DNA from: an uncultured Candidatus Rokubacteria bacterium
GTDB lineage: Bacteria; JAUVQV01; DATDCY01
Direction of reading: 5' to 3'
DNA: 64,000 nt
NCBI GenBank assembly: GCA_963699775.1
Contig: CAVOVE010000015.1
Span: forward strand, 687,588 to 751,587
The position numbers and the translations under genes were made by a program. The notes below the pieces were generated by a model. That model did not search any database, was not told the DNA's origin, and worked only from the letters and a program-made list of their open reading frames with translations. Numbering within the stretch: position 1 is the first letter of the stretch; each line of letters opens with the position of its first letter. Below, piece by piece: positions 36,484-45,723 of the stretch.

Positions 36484-39069
36484 GCCAACCCCTCGATGAG
36501 CCGGAGCATCGACTCGAGCCTCCCGGGCGTGAGCTTGTAGAACACGGTGCTCCGCAGCAGCCGCGCCAGGTCCTGGAGAAGCGGCGTCATGCGGCCGCCG
36601 AACTCGCCGGCGATCAGCTCGCTGACCTGGTGCGGGATGATCTTCTTGGAGAACTCCAGGACACCCGCCGCGGCCGGGATCCGCAGCAGTGCCGGCTCCG
36701 CGTCGAAATCCGGATCATCGAGGCCCTCGAGGCGCACGCCGGCGAGGGCGACCCCGTGCTCCCCGACCAGGCGCACGAGGGCCGGCATACCCGTCCCGGG
36801 GTCCGCCATCTCGACGACGACCAGCGTCAGACCGTCCTCCTCCGACCGGGCGTGGACACGCAGGCCGGGAAGCGCGTCGAGCGCCGCGCCGAGCGGATCG
36901 GTCCAGTCGGTGAGGGCCAGCCGCACCTTCCCCTCGTGCTTCGCGAGGGTCAACACCGAGGGCTGCGCGCGCGGCGTGAGAAAGAGCACGACGTCCGGAC
37001 GCACCGGCGCGGCGGGCGGCCGACCGGTGAGTTCGCGCACGTCGACGAGTTTCTTGGCAGTCGCTGCGGAATATCTGGTCCGTTGTCTCCCGGCCGACCA
37101 GGAGAGGTTCGCCCACCCCCGGACGGATGCCGACGGGAAAGGACGCGGGCAGGACGAGTCCGCTCGCGCGCTCCAGCGGGGCGAGCTCGTCCGAGAGCAG
37201 CCCGGCGCCCCGGACGGCGAGGTGCGCCGTGAGCGTGGATTTGCCCATCCGGGAGGGCGCCGCGATCACGACGCCGCGACCCCCGAGGCTCACGCAACCG
37301 GCGTGCGCGAGGTAGGCGGTCCTGACACGCGCCTCGGCGAGATGGACGAGGGTGAGATGCGCCCAGGCGACAAGCTCCTCGCCGCGCAGGCGCCAGGCGC
37401 GCTCCCCGGCCACGAATGTCGCGCGCGGCTCCCGCCCCTCCTCGATCAGTGCGGCGATCTCGACGTCGGGCGGCCGCCCCGGATCGAGGGGGACCTCGAA
37501 GATGCCCAACTCGCGGCGGGCGCCTGCGATCGGAGCGGTCGTGTTCGCACTCAGCCGGACGCGGGTGCCGAAGAGGTCGAATTCGATGGCGTGCCGGGCC
37601 GCGGCGGACACGGCCCCGCGCTCCTCCGGCGCGAGCACGGTTTCCTCGAGGTAGGGAGACGCCACTGCGCCCTCAGGCCGCGCGCCGTGAAAAGAAGCGG
37701 CGGAGAGAAGATAGGGAAGGAATCCCGAGCGCAGCAGCGCGGTGTAATCGCGCGGCCGCGCGTGACGGAGGACGTCCGCCAGGTAGGCCGGAAAGACCCG
37801 GCGGCGGTAGAGGGCGCGCTCCGCCCGCAGCAGCTCGGCGTCGCTCATCTCGGAGAGGTTGGGCGTCGAACCGGCGGCGGGGCCCCCTCCTGCCGCGGGT
37901 GGTTGCCAGAATCGCGGAGCGAGACGTCCCGCGGCGACGAGATCGCGGACGAGGGGGGTCCCGGGCATCGGGATATAGCGAATGAGCCTGACGATCGTCG
38001 GACGCGTGCGGGCGAGGAACCCGTCGGTGAGGCGCGCGTCCCCGGCGGTCTCGCCGGGGGTGCCGATCATCACGGAGGCAAGGGTCCGTATCCCGGCGCG
38101 GCGCGCCAGCCGCAGCGCGGTCTCGTGCGTCGCGAGCGTCTCACCTTTGCCGAGGCGCTCCAAGAGGCGCGGCGAGCCGCTCTCGATCCCGAATTCGAGC
38201 TGGACGCAGCCCGCCCGGCGCATCAGCGCGAGGATCCCCGCGTCGACGGAGTCGGTGCGCACCTGGGCCGCCCAGACGATGCGGCCGGCCAGGCCGCTGC
38301 GAACGAACTCGTCGCAGAGCGCGGCGACGCGGTCGCGGTTCCCGAGGAAGGTCTCGTCCTGGAAGTAGATCCCCTCGACGCCGTGCGCCGCGACGAGCCG
38401 CTCGACGTCCGCGACCACGCGGGCGGCGGAGTGCCAGCGGTGCGGCGCCGGGTAGAGTCGGCCCTCGGCGCAGAAGCGGCAGACGCCCGGGCAGCCGCGC
38501 GAGGAGAGGACCGTCGCGGTGCGCAGCGGCAGGCAGGGTATCGCGCGCAGCGTGCGGCCGGTGTGGTAGCCCATCTCGAGCAGGTCCCAGGCGGGCGGCG
38601 GGATCCGGTCGAGATCCGCAAGCGGCGGCCGGGGTCGAGCGCGGCTGACGGCGCCGCCCGTCCGGGCCGCCGTCCCGGGCACTCCCGCGAGCGGTGCGCC
38701 GGCGGCTATCTCGAGGAGGGTCTCCTCGGGTTCGCCGATCACGATGCCGTCGAGGAACGGGTGCGCCGCAAGGGTCTCTTCGGGAACCAGTGTCGGATGC
38801 CGGCCGCCGGCCAGCAGGAGCGCCGACGGCGCCGCCTCGCGGGCGAGCGCGCCGCAGCGAGCGAAGTCGGCGAGACGCTCGAGCGGCACGTCGAAGAGGA
38901 CGACCCCGGGGGAGAGTTTCCCGATCGCAGCCCGGAAGAGATCGGCGGCACCCTCCGGTGCGGCGGCGGGGGCCGCGATGCGGTCGAACTCCAGAAGGGA
39001 CACCTCGTGCCCGCCCCCCCGGAGGGCGGCGGCGGCGAGGGGCAGATACACCGGCGTCCAGAGCGGCAT
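36480..39069 (-). CDS. B12-binding radical SAM domain protein (N-terminal approx. 460 aa) continuous with an HprK-related P-loop kinase-like C-terminal domain; frame change near 36720-37040
   Basis: B12-binding LAAAALRGGGHEVSLLEF..LLLAGGRHPTLVPEE; radical SAM SSRGCPGVCRFCAEG, YFQDETF; then VVIAAPSRMGKSTLTAHLAVRGAGLLSDELAPLER (HprK C-domain-like P-loop), continued in ORF 36480..37040; no stop between the domains in the assembled frame. Confidence 0.6.
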
Positions 39070-39150
39070 CGACGGCAGCTGCCGCCGCGGCCGTCAGGTC
39101 GACGAGCGCTACGCGCACGCGCGGCGCCGCCGCTCCCGCCGCAGCGGGTT

Positions 39151-39447
39151 TCAAGACTGTTTTTCGCCTGCAGGCACCGCCGGACCGAGGAGCCCCTTCG
39201 CGGCCATCGCCCGGAGGCTCTCCCGAATCATCGCTGCCGGATCGGCGTGAGCGGCCAGGTCGTACCGCTCGCGCAGCCGCTGCTCGATTTCCGGTACGTC
39301 CAGACCGGCCTTGAGGCCCTCCCAGATAGCGGCGGAAGCCTCGTTCAGAACGTGGACCTGATCGGTCTCGGCGTCGAAGACCATGATCTCCTCGCCCAGA
39401 CGTTCCTCTCGCAGGTGCGGCCGGGGGCGGTACGTCTCCGTCACGGT
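39151..39447 (-). CDS. PqqD-family protein (RiPP recognition element / peptide chaperone)
   Basis: 97 aa; LGEEIMVFDAETDQVHVLNEASAAIWEGL matches the PqqD beta-strands/helix pattern; GTG start. Confidence 0.7.
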   Translation of the reverse strand, partial: TVTETYRPRPHLREERLGEEIMVFDAETDQVHVLNEASAAIWEGLKAGLDVPEIEQRLRERYDLAAHADPAAMIRESLRAMAAKGLLGPAVPAGEKQS

Positions 39448-39562
39448 TCCTCGCTAATCGAGCGACGCTCGGAATGCCGGTAAAGACCTGCTGGGTTTCG
39501 AACTCCTCGCGTTTGAAGGTTTCAATCGCCGGGACCGGCAGGGGCTGCTTCGGGTCGCGCAT
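39448..39562 (-). CDS. candidate precursor peptide ORF (MRDPKQPLPVPAIETFKREEFETQQVFTGIPSVAR...), 3' end undefined because it runs into pqqD in +1 frame
   Basis: ATG at approx. 39562 preceded by GAGGAGAG Shine-Dalgarno at -7; alternative upstream ATG at 39613 (MLDRKAKESATLTRRAK-); positioned immediately 5' of the PqqD gene, as is usual for RiPP precursors. Confidence 0.3.
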
Positions 39563-39638
39563 CTTCGCTCTCCTCGTCAAGGTTGCGGACTCTTTCGCCT
39601 TGCGATCTAACATAAATGATCCTCGCCGGGCAAGTCAA

Positions 39639-40985
39639 CTAGTCCGGGAACGGGGCGTTGTCGACCGCGGGACGGGGAAATTTCGTCTCCCGGCCGGTGC
39701 CGAGCACTTTCCAGAGCGGATAGTGCTCATAGCGGCCGAGGAGGGCCTCGATGTCGAGGTCACGCTCCGCAAAGCTGTAGAACACGATGCAAAGCGGGGA
39801 CCGCCACCCGCCACCGCGTACACCCTCGAGGAGCTCGCCGACCGTGGCGCCATCGTCCGGGGCGACCCGCCCGGCTTCGATGGCCGACGCGAGCAACTCC
39901 ACAAACCGCCCTGGAGCCCGTCCGCGCAGAAACCGCTGCGCCGGTGCCCGGACCCAGATACGCTCGCACAGCGGCGCGACGGCGCGCGAGATCTCCCGGT
40001 AGTACTCGTCGCGCCGTCCGCCGCAGGCGGTGAGGATTCCTACGGTGGCGTCGCACCCGAGCGAGTGTGCCAGGCGCTCGAAGAGCGGTATCTCCAGACG
40101 GTAGCTCGCGGGGTTCTTGCACTCGCTCAGCAGCACGTGGATACCGGCGCCGCGCAGCAGGGTGTTGCGGCAGACGTTGTCCCGCGGTTCCAGACCGAAC
40201 TCGCGCAGGGCGGCGAGGGCGGCGCTTGTGTCGAGCCGGACCCGCCTCCCCAGCGCCTCGTGCGCGGCCAAGGCAGCCATCGCGTTCGCGGTGTTGTGCG
40301 CCTGGAAGCCCCCGAGCGTGATCGGGATCTCGCCGACAGCGATCACGGGCCGCGCGCCTTCGGGGCCTTTCTTCCAGATCGTCCCCCCTTCGAGGTACCA
40401 GCAGCGGGGGTGCTCGCCCTGACGGCCTTCAACGGTGAAGAAGACCGTCTCCACGCCGCGCGGGCGCGGCATCGCGCGCACGAGCGGGTCGTCGGCGTTC
40501 AGGACTACCGTCCCGCCGCGGCGCACCCGGCGGGGGATGGCCGCCTTGACGCGGGCCATAGCCTCCACAGTTTCGATCCCGCGGTCGCCAAGGTGGTCGG
40601 GAAGGACGCTCGTCACCACGCCGACGTCGATGCGGCTGAAGCCCGGTCCGTACTCGAGCAGGCCCCCGCGAGCCGTCTCCAGCACAAGCGCCTGTACCCC
40701 TGGACACTGCGCTGCCCGCCAGGCGCCTCCCGGCCCGGCCTCGTCCCGGCGGTTGACATAGTGCCCGGCGTGGGCCACCCCATCGGTGGTGCAGGCCCCG
40801 ACGCGGAGCCCGGAGGCTCCCAACATCCGGGCGAGGAGCTTCACAACGGTGGACTTGCCATTGGTTCCCGTGACGGCGGCGATGGGGACCCGCAGCGCAG
40901 CGAGGCGCGGCCGCACGAGGAGGCGGACCGCCGTACGATAGGCGGCAATCCTCAGGTGGTAGTGCCGGTCGACGAATCCCTTGAG
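39639..40985 (-). CDS. Mur-ligase-family protein (CphA C-terminal / CapB / MurD-like amide ligase)
   Basis: VPIAAVTGTNGKSTVVKLLARML (Mur ligase P-loop), VLETARGGLLEYG, DVGVVTSVLPDHL middle-domain motifs; approx. 449 aa; GTG start overlapping upstream rSAM gene. Confidence 0.7.
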   Translation of the reverse strand, partial: LKGFVDRHYHLRIAAYRTAVRLLVRPRLAALRVPIAAVTGTNGKSTVVKLLARMLGASGLRVGACTTDGVAHAGHYVNRRDEAGPGGAWRAAQCPGVQALVLETARGGLLEYGPGFSRIDVGVVTSVLPDHLGDRGIETVEAMARVKAAIPRRVRRGGTVVLNADDPLVRAMPRPRGVETVFFTVEGRQGEHPRCWYLEGGTIWKKGPEGARPVIAVGEIPITLGGFQAHNTANAMAALAAHEALGRRVRLDTSAALAALREFGLEPRDNVCRNTLLRGAGIHVLLSECKNPASYRLEIPLFERLAHSLGCDATVGILTACGGRRDEYYREISRAVAPLCERIWVRAPAQRFLRGRAPGRFVELLASAIEAGRVAPDDGATVGELLEGVRGGGWRSPLCIVFYSFAERDLDIEALLGRYEHYPLWKVLGTGRETKFPRPAVDNAPFPD

Positions 40986-42000
40986 ACCCACCGCTGACCT
41001 CCCCTCTGGCCGGCGAACAGTGCGCGAGACGGCTCGAAGCACGAACAGCCCCGACAGAACCTCGGGACACACCTGCCGCGGGACCAGAGCGCCCGTCGTA
41101 TCTCCCGCGCTTTCGCGCCGCCCCAGGCGAGCGCGAAACCCTTGTTGTCCGCAGCCCCGAGCACCATGCGGCCTCCCCAGTCCTGGCAGCAGAGGAGCAC
41201 TCTTCCGTCGCGAAGAACCGCTGCGCACTGGAATGGCGCACTGCACGCCGGCAGCGCGCGACCGAAGGCGAGCCTCAGCCTCCGTCGCCACGGCCGACGC
41301 AACTCCGCTGCTGCGAACTCGCTGTAGCGAACGAGCTCTCCGGCCCGGTTTCTCAAGGGCAGGACCAGCGCCTCGACGCCGCGCTCCGTCCAGTGGCGGA
41401 GGAACTCGGACGCTTCCCCGGCATTGGCACGCTGGCGAACGAACCGGACGCGGACTTCGAGCCCGCGCTTCCGCGCCGCCGCGACCCCGGCGACGGCCCG
41501 ATCGAAATCGAGCCCCGGACGCACCACCCGATAGGTCTCCGGCCTGAGCGCATCGAGGCTGACCTCGATGAAATCGAGTCCGCCTGCGGCCAGCTCCCCC
41601 GCGCGAGCCTCGTCGAGCAGCGAACCGATGGTGACGACGCCGATCCGGCAGCGGGGTCCGAGGGCGACCCGGGCCTCGCGCACGCGCAGTCCGAGCTCCG
41701 GGTCGAGGAGCGGTTCGTTCTGGAGCATGAGCACGAGGATCCGCACGCTGCCGGCGTCGGCGAGTTCACCGATGATGCTGCGGTACAGCCCGGCCGCCAT
41801 CGTCCCGCCGTCGCGGCCGCAACCGTGAGCAACCGGGCAGGTCGGGCATCGGCCGTTGCACCCGCCCACGGTCTGAATCTGGACGACGCGAGGGCCGGGG
41901 AAAGCAGCCTCAGCGCCAGCGAGCAAGGCGAGCCCGCGGCGTGCGAGATCGGCACCCAGGAGGGCGTCTGCCGCGATCGCGCGGGCGCGCCGGGTCAGGC
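40952..42000 (-). CDS. radical SAM protein with SPASM/twitch-type C-terminal Cys cluster
   Basis: CNGRCPTCP (CxxxCxxC), GEPLL-like NEPLLDPEL, C-terminal CSAPFQC...LCCQDW...CRGC; start codon uncertain. Confidence 0.75.
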
Positions 42001-42090
42001 GCCCCACCCGGATCCGCCAGGCACGATCGCCTTCCCGCTGCGCTCCACGCTCAGCGCCGATTTCGCTCCCGGTTCCATCCTGGCGGCTGT

Positions 42091-43017
42091 TCACGGGACA
42101 ATCCTGAACGGGGCGTTGCCCCGGATGTTGCCCTCGCTGGCTGCCGCCACCGGGCCGGCGGGGTCGAGCGCGCATTCATACGGGTGAGCGAAAGATGTTG
42201 TCGGCAGACCGCTTTCACCCGCGCTGCTCAACCCCAGGTCCCGGTACTGCGCGAGGAGCGAGGTGATCGGCATGCCAGGGTCCTGGGAGAAGAAGGACAG
42301 ATGTGACACGACGAGGGGATTGAAGATCCGGTTCACCCGCCCGAGCCGCTGCGGGATGGTGACGCTGAGCGCCTCCTCGTCGTCACCGCGCACGCCGTTG
42401 AAGTGCTCCAGGTCCCGCCCGAGGTAGCTGACGAAGTTGATGCTCAACCGGTCGGGTGCGATCGTTGTCCCCGGCCGAGCGAACGCGGCGGGTGCCGCGA
42501 GAAAGTGCCGGTGCAGGCGGGTTGCGAGCACTGCGCTCTCCCAGAGGATGCCGCAGAACCCCCTCGGCGGATACGGGAGGACCATCAGCGAGCTGGGCAC
42601 CGTCCCCTGCAACTGTTGATTGAACGCGCAGACCCCGTTGTTCACGACGTTTGCCGAGAGGAGGAAGGTGTCGGTGTCGGTACGACGATGCGCGATGAAC
42701 ACCGGGAGCCGCTCGAGATCGACGAACACGATGTCGTCGTCGGCCTTGATGAACAGGGTGTCCCCGTACGACGATTCCCGGTAATGCTCGTAGTAGTCGT
42801 CGTAGCACGGCCCGGTCGGTCGGTACAGGCGAATGCCCGGGTGCAGTCGGGGCAGTGTCGAGATCCAGTTCCGGTCCGACTCGTTTCGAGCGTAGTCCCA
42901 GATGTGATACTCGGAGACGACCCTCCGCTGCAGCGCCGTCGCCGCGTAGCCGACAAGGATCGACATTCGGTCGCGGCGGCCGGCAAACGTGGTCATGATG
43001 ACACGCGATGGCCCCAT
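42091..43017 (-). CDS. hypothetical protein with DXD-type motif (FIKADDDIVFVDL), possible GT-A-fold glycosyltransferase
   Basis: 308 aa ORF; composition protein-like; weak resemblance to capsule-synthesis GT families. Confidence 0.4.
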   Translation of the reverse strand: MGPSRVIMTTFAGRRDRMSILVGYAATALQRRVVSEYHIWDYARNESDRNWISTLPRLHPGIRLYRPTGPCYDDYYEHYRESSYGDTLFIKADDDIVFVDLERLPVFIAHRRTDTDTFLLSANVVNNGVCAFNQQLQGTVPSSLMVLPYPPRGFCGILWESAVLATRLHRHFLAAPAAFARPGTTIAPDRLSINFVSYLGRDLEHFNGVRGDDEEALSVTIPQRLGRVNRIFNPLVVSHLSFFSQDPGMPITSLLAQYRDLGLSSAGESGLPTTSFAHPYECALDPAGPVAAASEGNIRGNAPFRIVP

Positions 43018-43069
43018 GGCAGCCGGCAGCGTACCAAAGCGGCACGGCGCGGTAAAGCGCCGCGACGGC

Positions 43070-43103
43070 GTTTGCAGGGCGCAGCCCTTCGTTTATATAA
43101 CAG
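43070..43103 (+). promoter_or_regulatory. candidate promoter/RBS for GT75-like gene (TTCGTTTATATAACAGGTG)
   Basis: AT-rich TATATA-containing patch in otherwise 70% GC DNA, AGG 8 nt upstream of GTG start; divergent intergenic region. Confidence 0.3.
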
Positions 43104-44083
43104 GTGTGATTACTGCGGTCGTCGTGCCATCCTGCCGCGAGGAGCAGTCGAGGGAGTTCGTGCAGGCTTGGGATGGGGCCTTCTCGCGCGATGGCGTCCG
43201 GCTCTACATCGTCGAGGACGCTGCGGAGCGCACATTCCGCCTCGACGGCGCCGCGACCGCCCGGTTCACCCACCTCTGCTGGAGCGACGCGCCGCCGGGG
43301 ATGTTGGACTGCATCGACGTCCGTTCCCCGGGTTGCCGACAGATCGGGTTCTGGCAGGCCTATCGCGACGGCTGCGATGTGCTGATCACCCTCGACGACG
43401 ACGTTCGGCCCGCACCGGGATCGGACCTGATCGGCGAGTTCTCGCAGGTGCTCCTCGAGGGGATTCCCCTCTGGATCGACCCCTTGCTCAACTACCGCTC
43501 GCGGGGATTCCCCACCGGAAATCCGGGACGGATCCGTACGGATTTCCACGTGGGGTGCTTTCTTGGCGTCCCGGACGTCGACGCGGAGACCCAACTCAGG
43601 CACGCGCGGGATTTCCCGGGCGACCCGCCCCGCTATCTCCCCCGCCCATTCGTGGTACCGCCCGGTTTCCTCATCCCGGTCAACGGCGGGATCGCCGGTT
43701 GGCGACGGGAACTGACCCCCTATGTCCATTACACGCTCTGGGACCCGAGCCAGGGGTACCGGCGCTTCGACGACATCTGGATGGGGGTGATTCTCAAGCA
43801 CCTGCTCGACCTGGCGGGGCTACGGCTGAGTTGCGGCCCCCCGTCCGTCCAGCACAATCGCGCCTCGGACGCCCGCAAGAACCTCGAATACGAGCGGGCG
43901 GGCAAGCAGTGGAACGAGCGGTTCTGGGCGTTGCTGCGTACGGCGGTCGACGCTGCTCGGGGCTCCGGATCGTTCACGGTGCAGGAGGCCCACGAACTCG
44001 TGGCGCGCTGCCTGCTGGCGATGGACAACTCCTGGGCGCACCGTGAAGGCGAGGCCCTCCTGCGCTGGCGCTCTTTTTTCTGA
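43104..44083 (+). CDS. RGP-like (reversibly glycosylated polypeptide / UDP-arabinopyranose mutase, GT75-family-like) glycosyltransferase
   Basis: VITAVVVPSCREEQ..LYIVEDA..LITLDDDV and especially RRFDDIWMGVILKHLLDLAGLRLSCGPPSVQHNRASDARKNLEYE resembling the RGP motif [45 protein letters not shown]. Confidence 0.55.
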
Positions 44084-44097
44084 TCCTGGAGCCCGCG

Positions 44098-44856
44098 ATG
44101 AGAAAAAGCGCGATCTTCACCATGGTCCGCGACGAGCAGGTCTTCCTGCCGATCTGGCTGCGCTACTACTCGCGGTTCTTCGCCCCCGGGGACATCTACG
44201 TCTTCAACCACCGCTCGACTGACGGCAGCGTCGAGGCCGCGCAGCGGGAGTGGCGGTTCCGCCGGATCGACGTCGACCACCCGGTCTACAACGATTTCCC
44301 GTGGTACACGGCATTCATTCAGGAGCGGCAGCGCAAGCTCCTCGCGCGGTATCACGTCGTCCTCTTCGCAGAACCCGACGAAATCCTCTGGCACGCCGAC
44401 GGCCTCGGGCGCTACATCCGGCGGTTCCGCGGCGACGCCGTCCGGGCGAACGGCCACCAGATCTGCCACGACCGGGTGGAGGAGCCGCCGCTGGAGCTCT
44501 CGCGAACAATCCTGTCGCAGCGCAAATATTTCGTCCCCGACCCGACGTACTGCAAGCAGCTCCTGACCCGGGTGCCTCTGACGTACATCTTCGGCTTTCA
44601 CGAGGCGACCGAGTGCCGGGAGATCGACCCCGACCTGTACCTCTTCCACCTGCACTCCATGGACTACGAAATGGCGCTGCAGAAGCACGAGCGGACCCGG
44701 CGCTACCGCGACTACTCCCGGACAAGCGTCGAGCAACACCTGGGATTCCAGAGCCTGCTCGTGGGCGAGGATTTCAACCGCTGGTTCGACGGCCAGTCGA
44801 CACCGTTGACACGGCACCTCATACCGGATCGGGTCCGGAGCAGCGACAGCTTCTGA
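44098..44856 (+). CDS. putative glycosyltransferase (nucleotide-diphospho-sugar transferase fold, GT2/GT92-like)
   Basis: 252 aa; MVRDEQVFLPIWLRYYS, AEPDEILW segments typical of GT-A DUF-type transferases. Confidence 0.45.
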   Translation: MRKSAIFTMVRDEQVFLPIWLRYYSRFFAPGDIYVFNHRSTDGSVEAAQREWRFRRIDVDHPVYNDFPWYTAFIQERQRKLLARYHVVLFAEPDEILWHADGLGRYIRRFRGDAVRANGHQICHDRVEEPPLELSRTILSQRKYFVPDPTYCKQLLTRVPLTYIFGFHEATECREIDPDLYLFHLHSMDYEMALQKHERTRRYRDYSRTSVEQHLGFQSLLVGEDFNRWFDGQSTPLTRHLIPDRVRSSDSF

Positions 44857-45149
44857 GATCTGCGTCGGGGCCCGCGGCAGGGGTCAAGCAGCGCCGAGAG
44901 GCCGAACGGCTGCGCCGCTGCTGGGAATGAATGCCGCCACCCTCTGGAGGAAACTGAAATCATTTCGAGACCCCCCATGATTGCATCGTGCATGATTCGC
45001 GGGCATTGAGTTGGCGAGTGCTCCGATTCACATCCCGTGAAGATCGACGCTCATTCACCCACGGGTGTTTCGCTGTCGGAGCAAAGTGCGAATTGCCTCC
45101 CCTGTGTGCCATCACCCCAAAAGTCCAGTCGCCAGCGTCCTGGCGCATG

Positions 45150-45192
45150 GATTGCGGCTATATTGAGCAAACCTACAACGGAGGAGAAGGCA
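45150..45192 (+). promoter_or_regulatory. candidate sigma70-like promoter and RBS upstream of osmC (TTGCGG-N17-TATATT; GGAGGAGAAGG)
   Basis: read directly from sequence 45140-45192. Confidence 0.3.
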
Positions 45193-45723
45193 ATGACCGT
45201 GGTGAACGGGCTGGAAGTAGACAACCTGGTGAAGGTGGTCGAAGCGGTGAAGCAGAAATGGGAGATGGGGAAAACGGTCTGGAAGGCCACCACCACCTGG
45301 AAGGGCGGCTTCCAGGTCGAGACGTGCTCGCGCGACTTCACGCTGCTCGCGGATGAACCGGAGATGCTCTGCGGCACCAACACGGCGGCCAACCCCGTCG
45401 AGATGGTGCTTCAGGCCTACGGCGCTTGTCTCTCGATCGGCTACGCGATGAACGCCGCGGTCCGCGGGATCAAGATCCAGGACCTCACGATCGATCTCGA
45501 AGGCGAGATCGACCTCCCCGGCTTTCTTGGATTGGAGGCTCCCGAGGATCTGAAGATGGACAAGCTCCCCGGCTTCAAGACCATCGACGTCAAGGTGAAG
45601 ATCAAGGCCGACGCCACGCCAGAGGCGATCCGACAACTCCACGCGCACGTGGTGGGCACCTCCCCGGTCGGGATCACGCTCTCGCGCCCGGTCAAGATCG
45701 GAACGGCTGTGGAGGTTCTGTGA
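45193..45723 (+). CDS. OsmC/Ohr-family peroxiredoxin-like protein
   Basis: PVEMVLQAYGACLSIGYAMNAA, conserved Cys pair spacing. Confidence 0.8.
   Translation: MTVVNGLEVDNLVKVVEAVKQKWEMGKTVWKATTTWKGGFQVETCSRDFTLLADEPEMLCGTNTAANPVEMVLQAYGACLSIGYAMNAAVRGIKIQDLTIDLEGEIDLPGFLGLEAPEDLKMDKLPGFKTIDVKVKIKADATPEAIRQLHAHVVGTSPVGITLSRPVKIGTAVEVL

Noticed and set aside
36547-39483. 978-aa plus-strand ORF (and neighbours 35432..36499, 35764..36540)
   Set aside because: Antisense to the rSAM/HprK and nucleotidyltransferase genes; Arg/Pro/Gly-rich, no domains.
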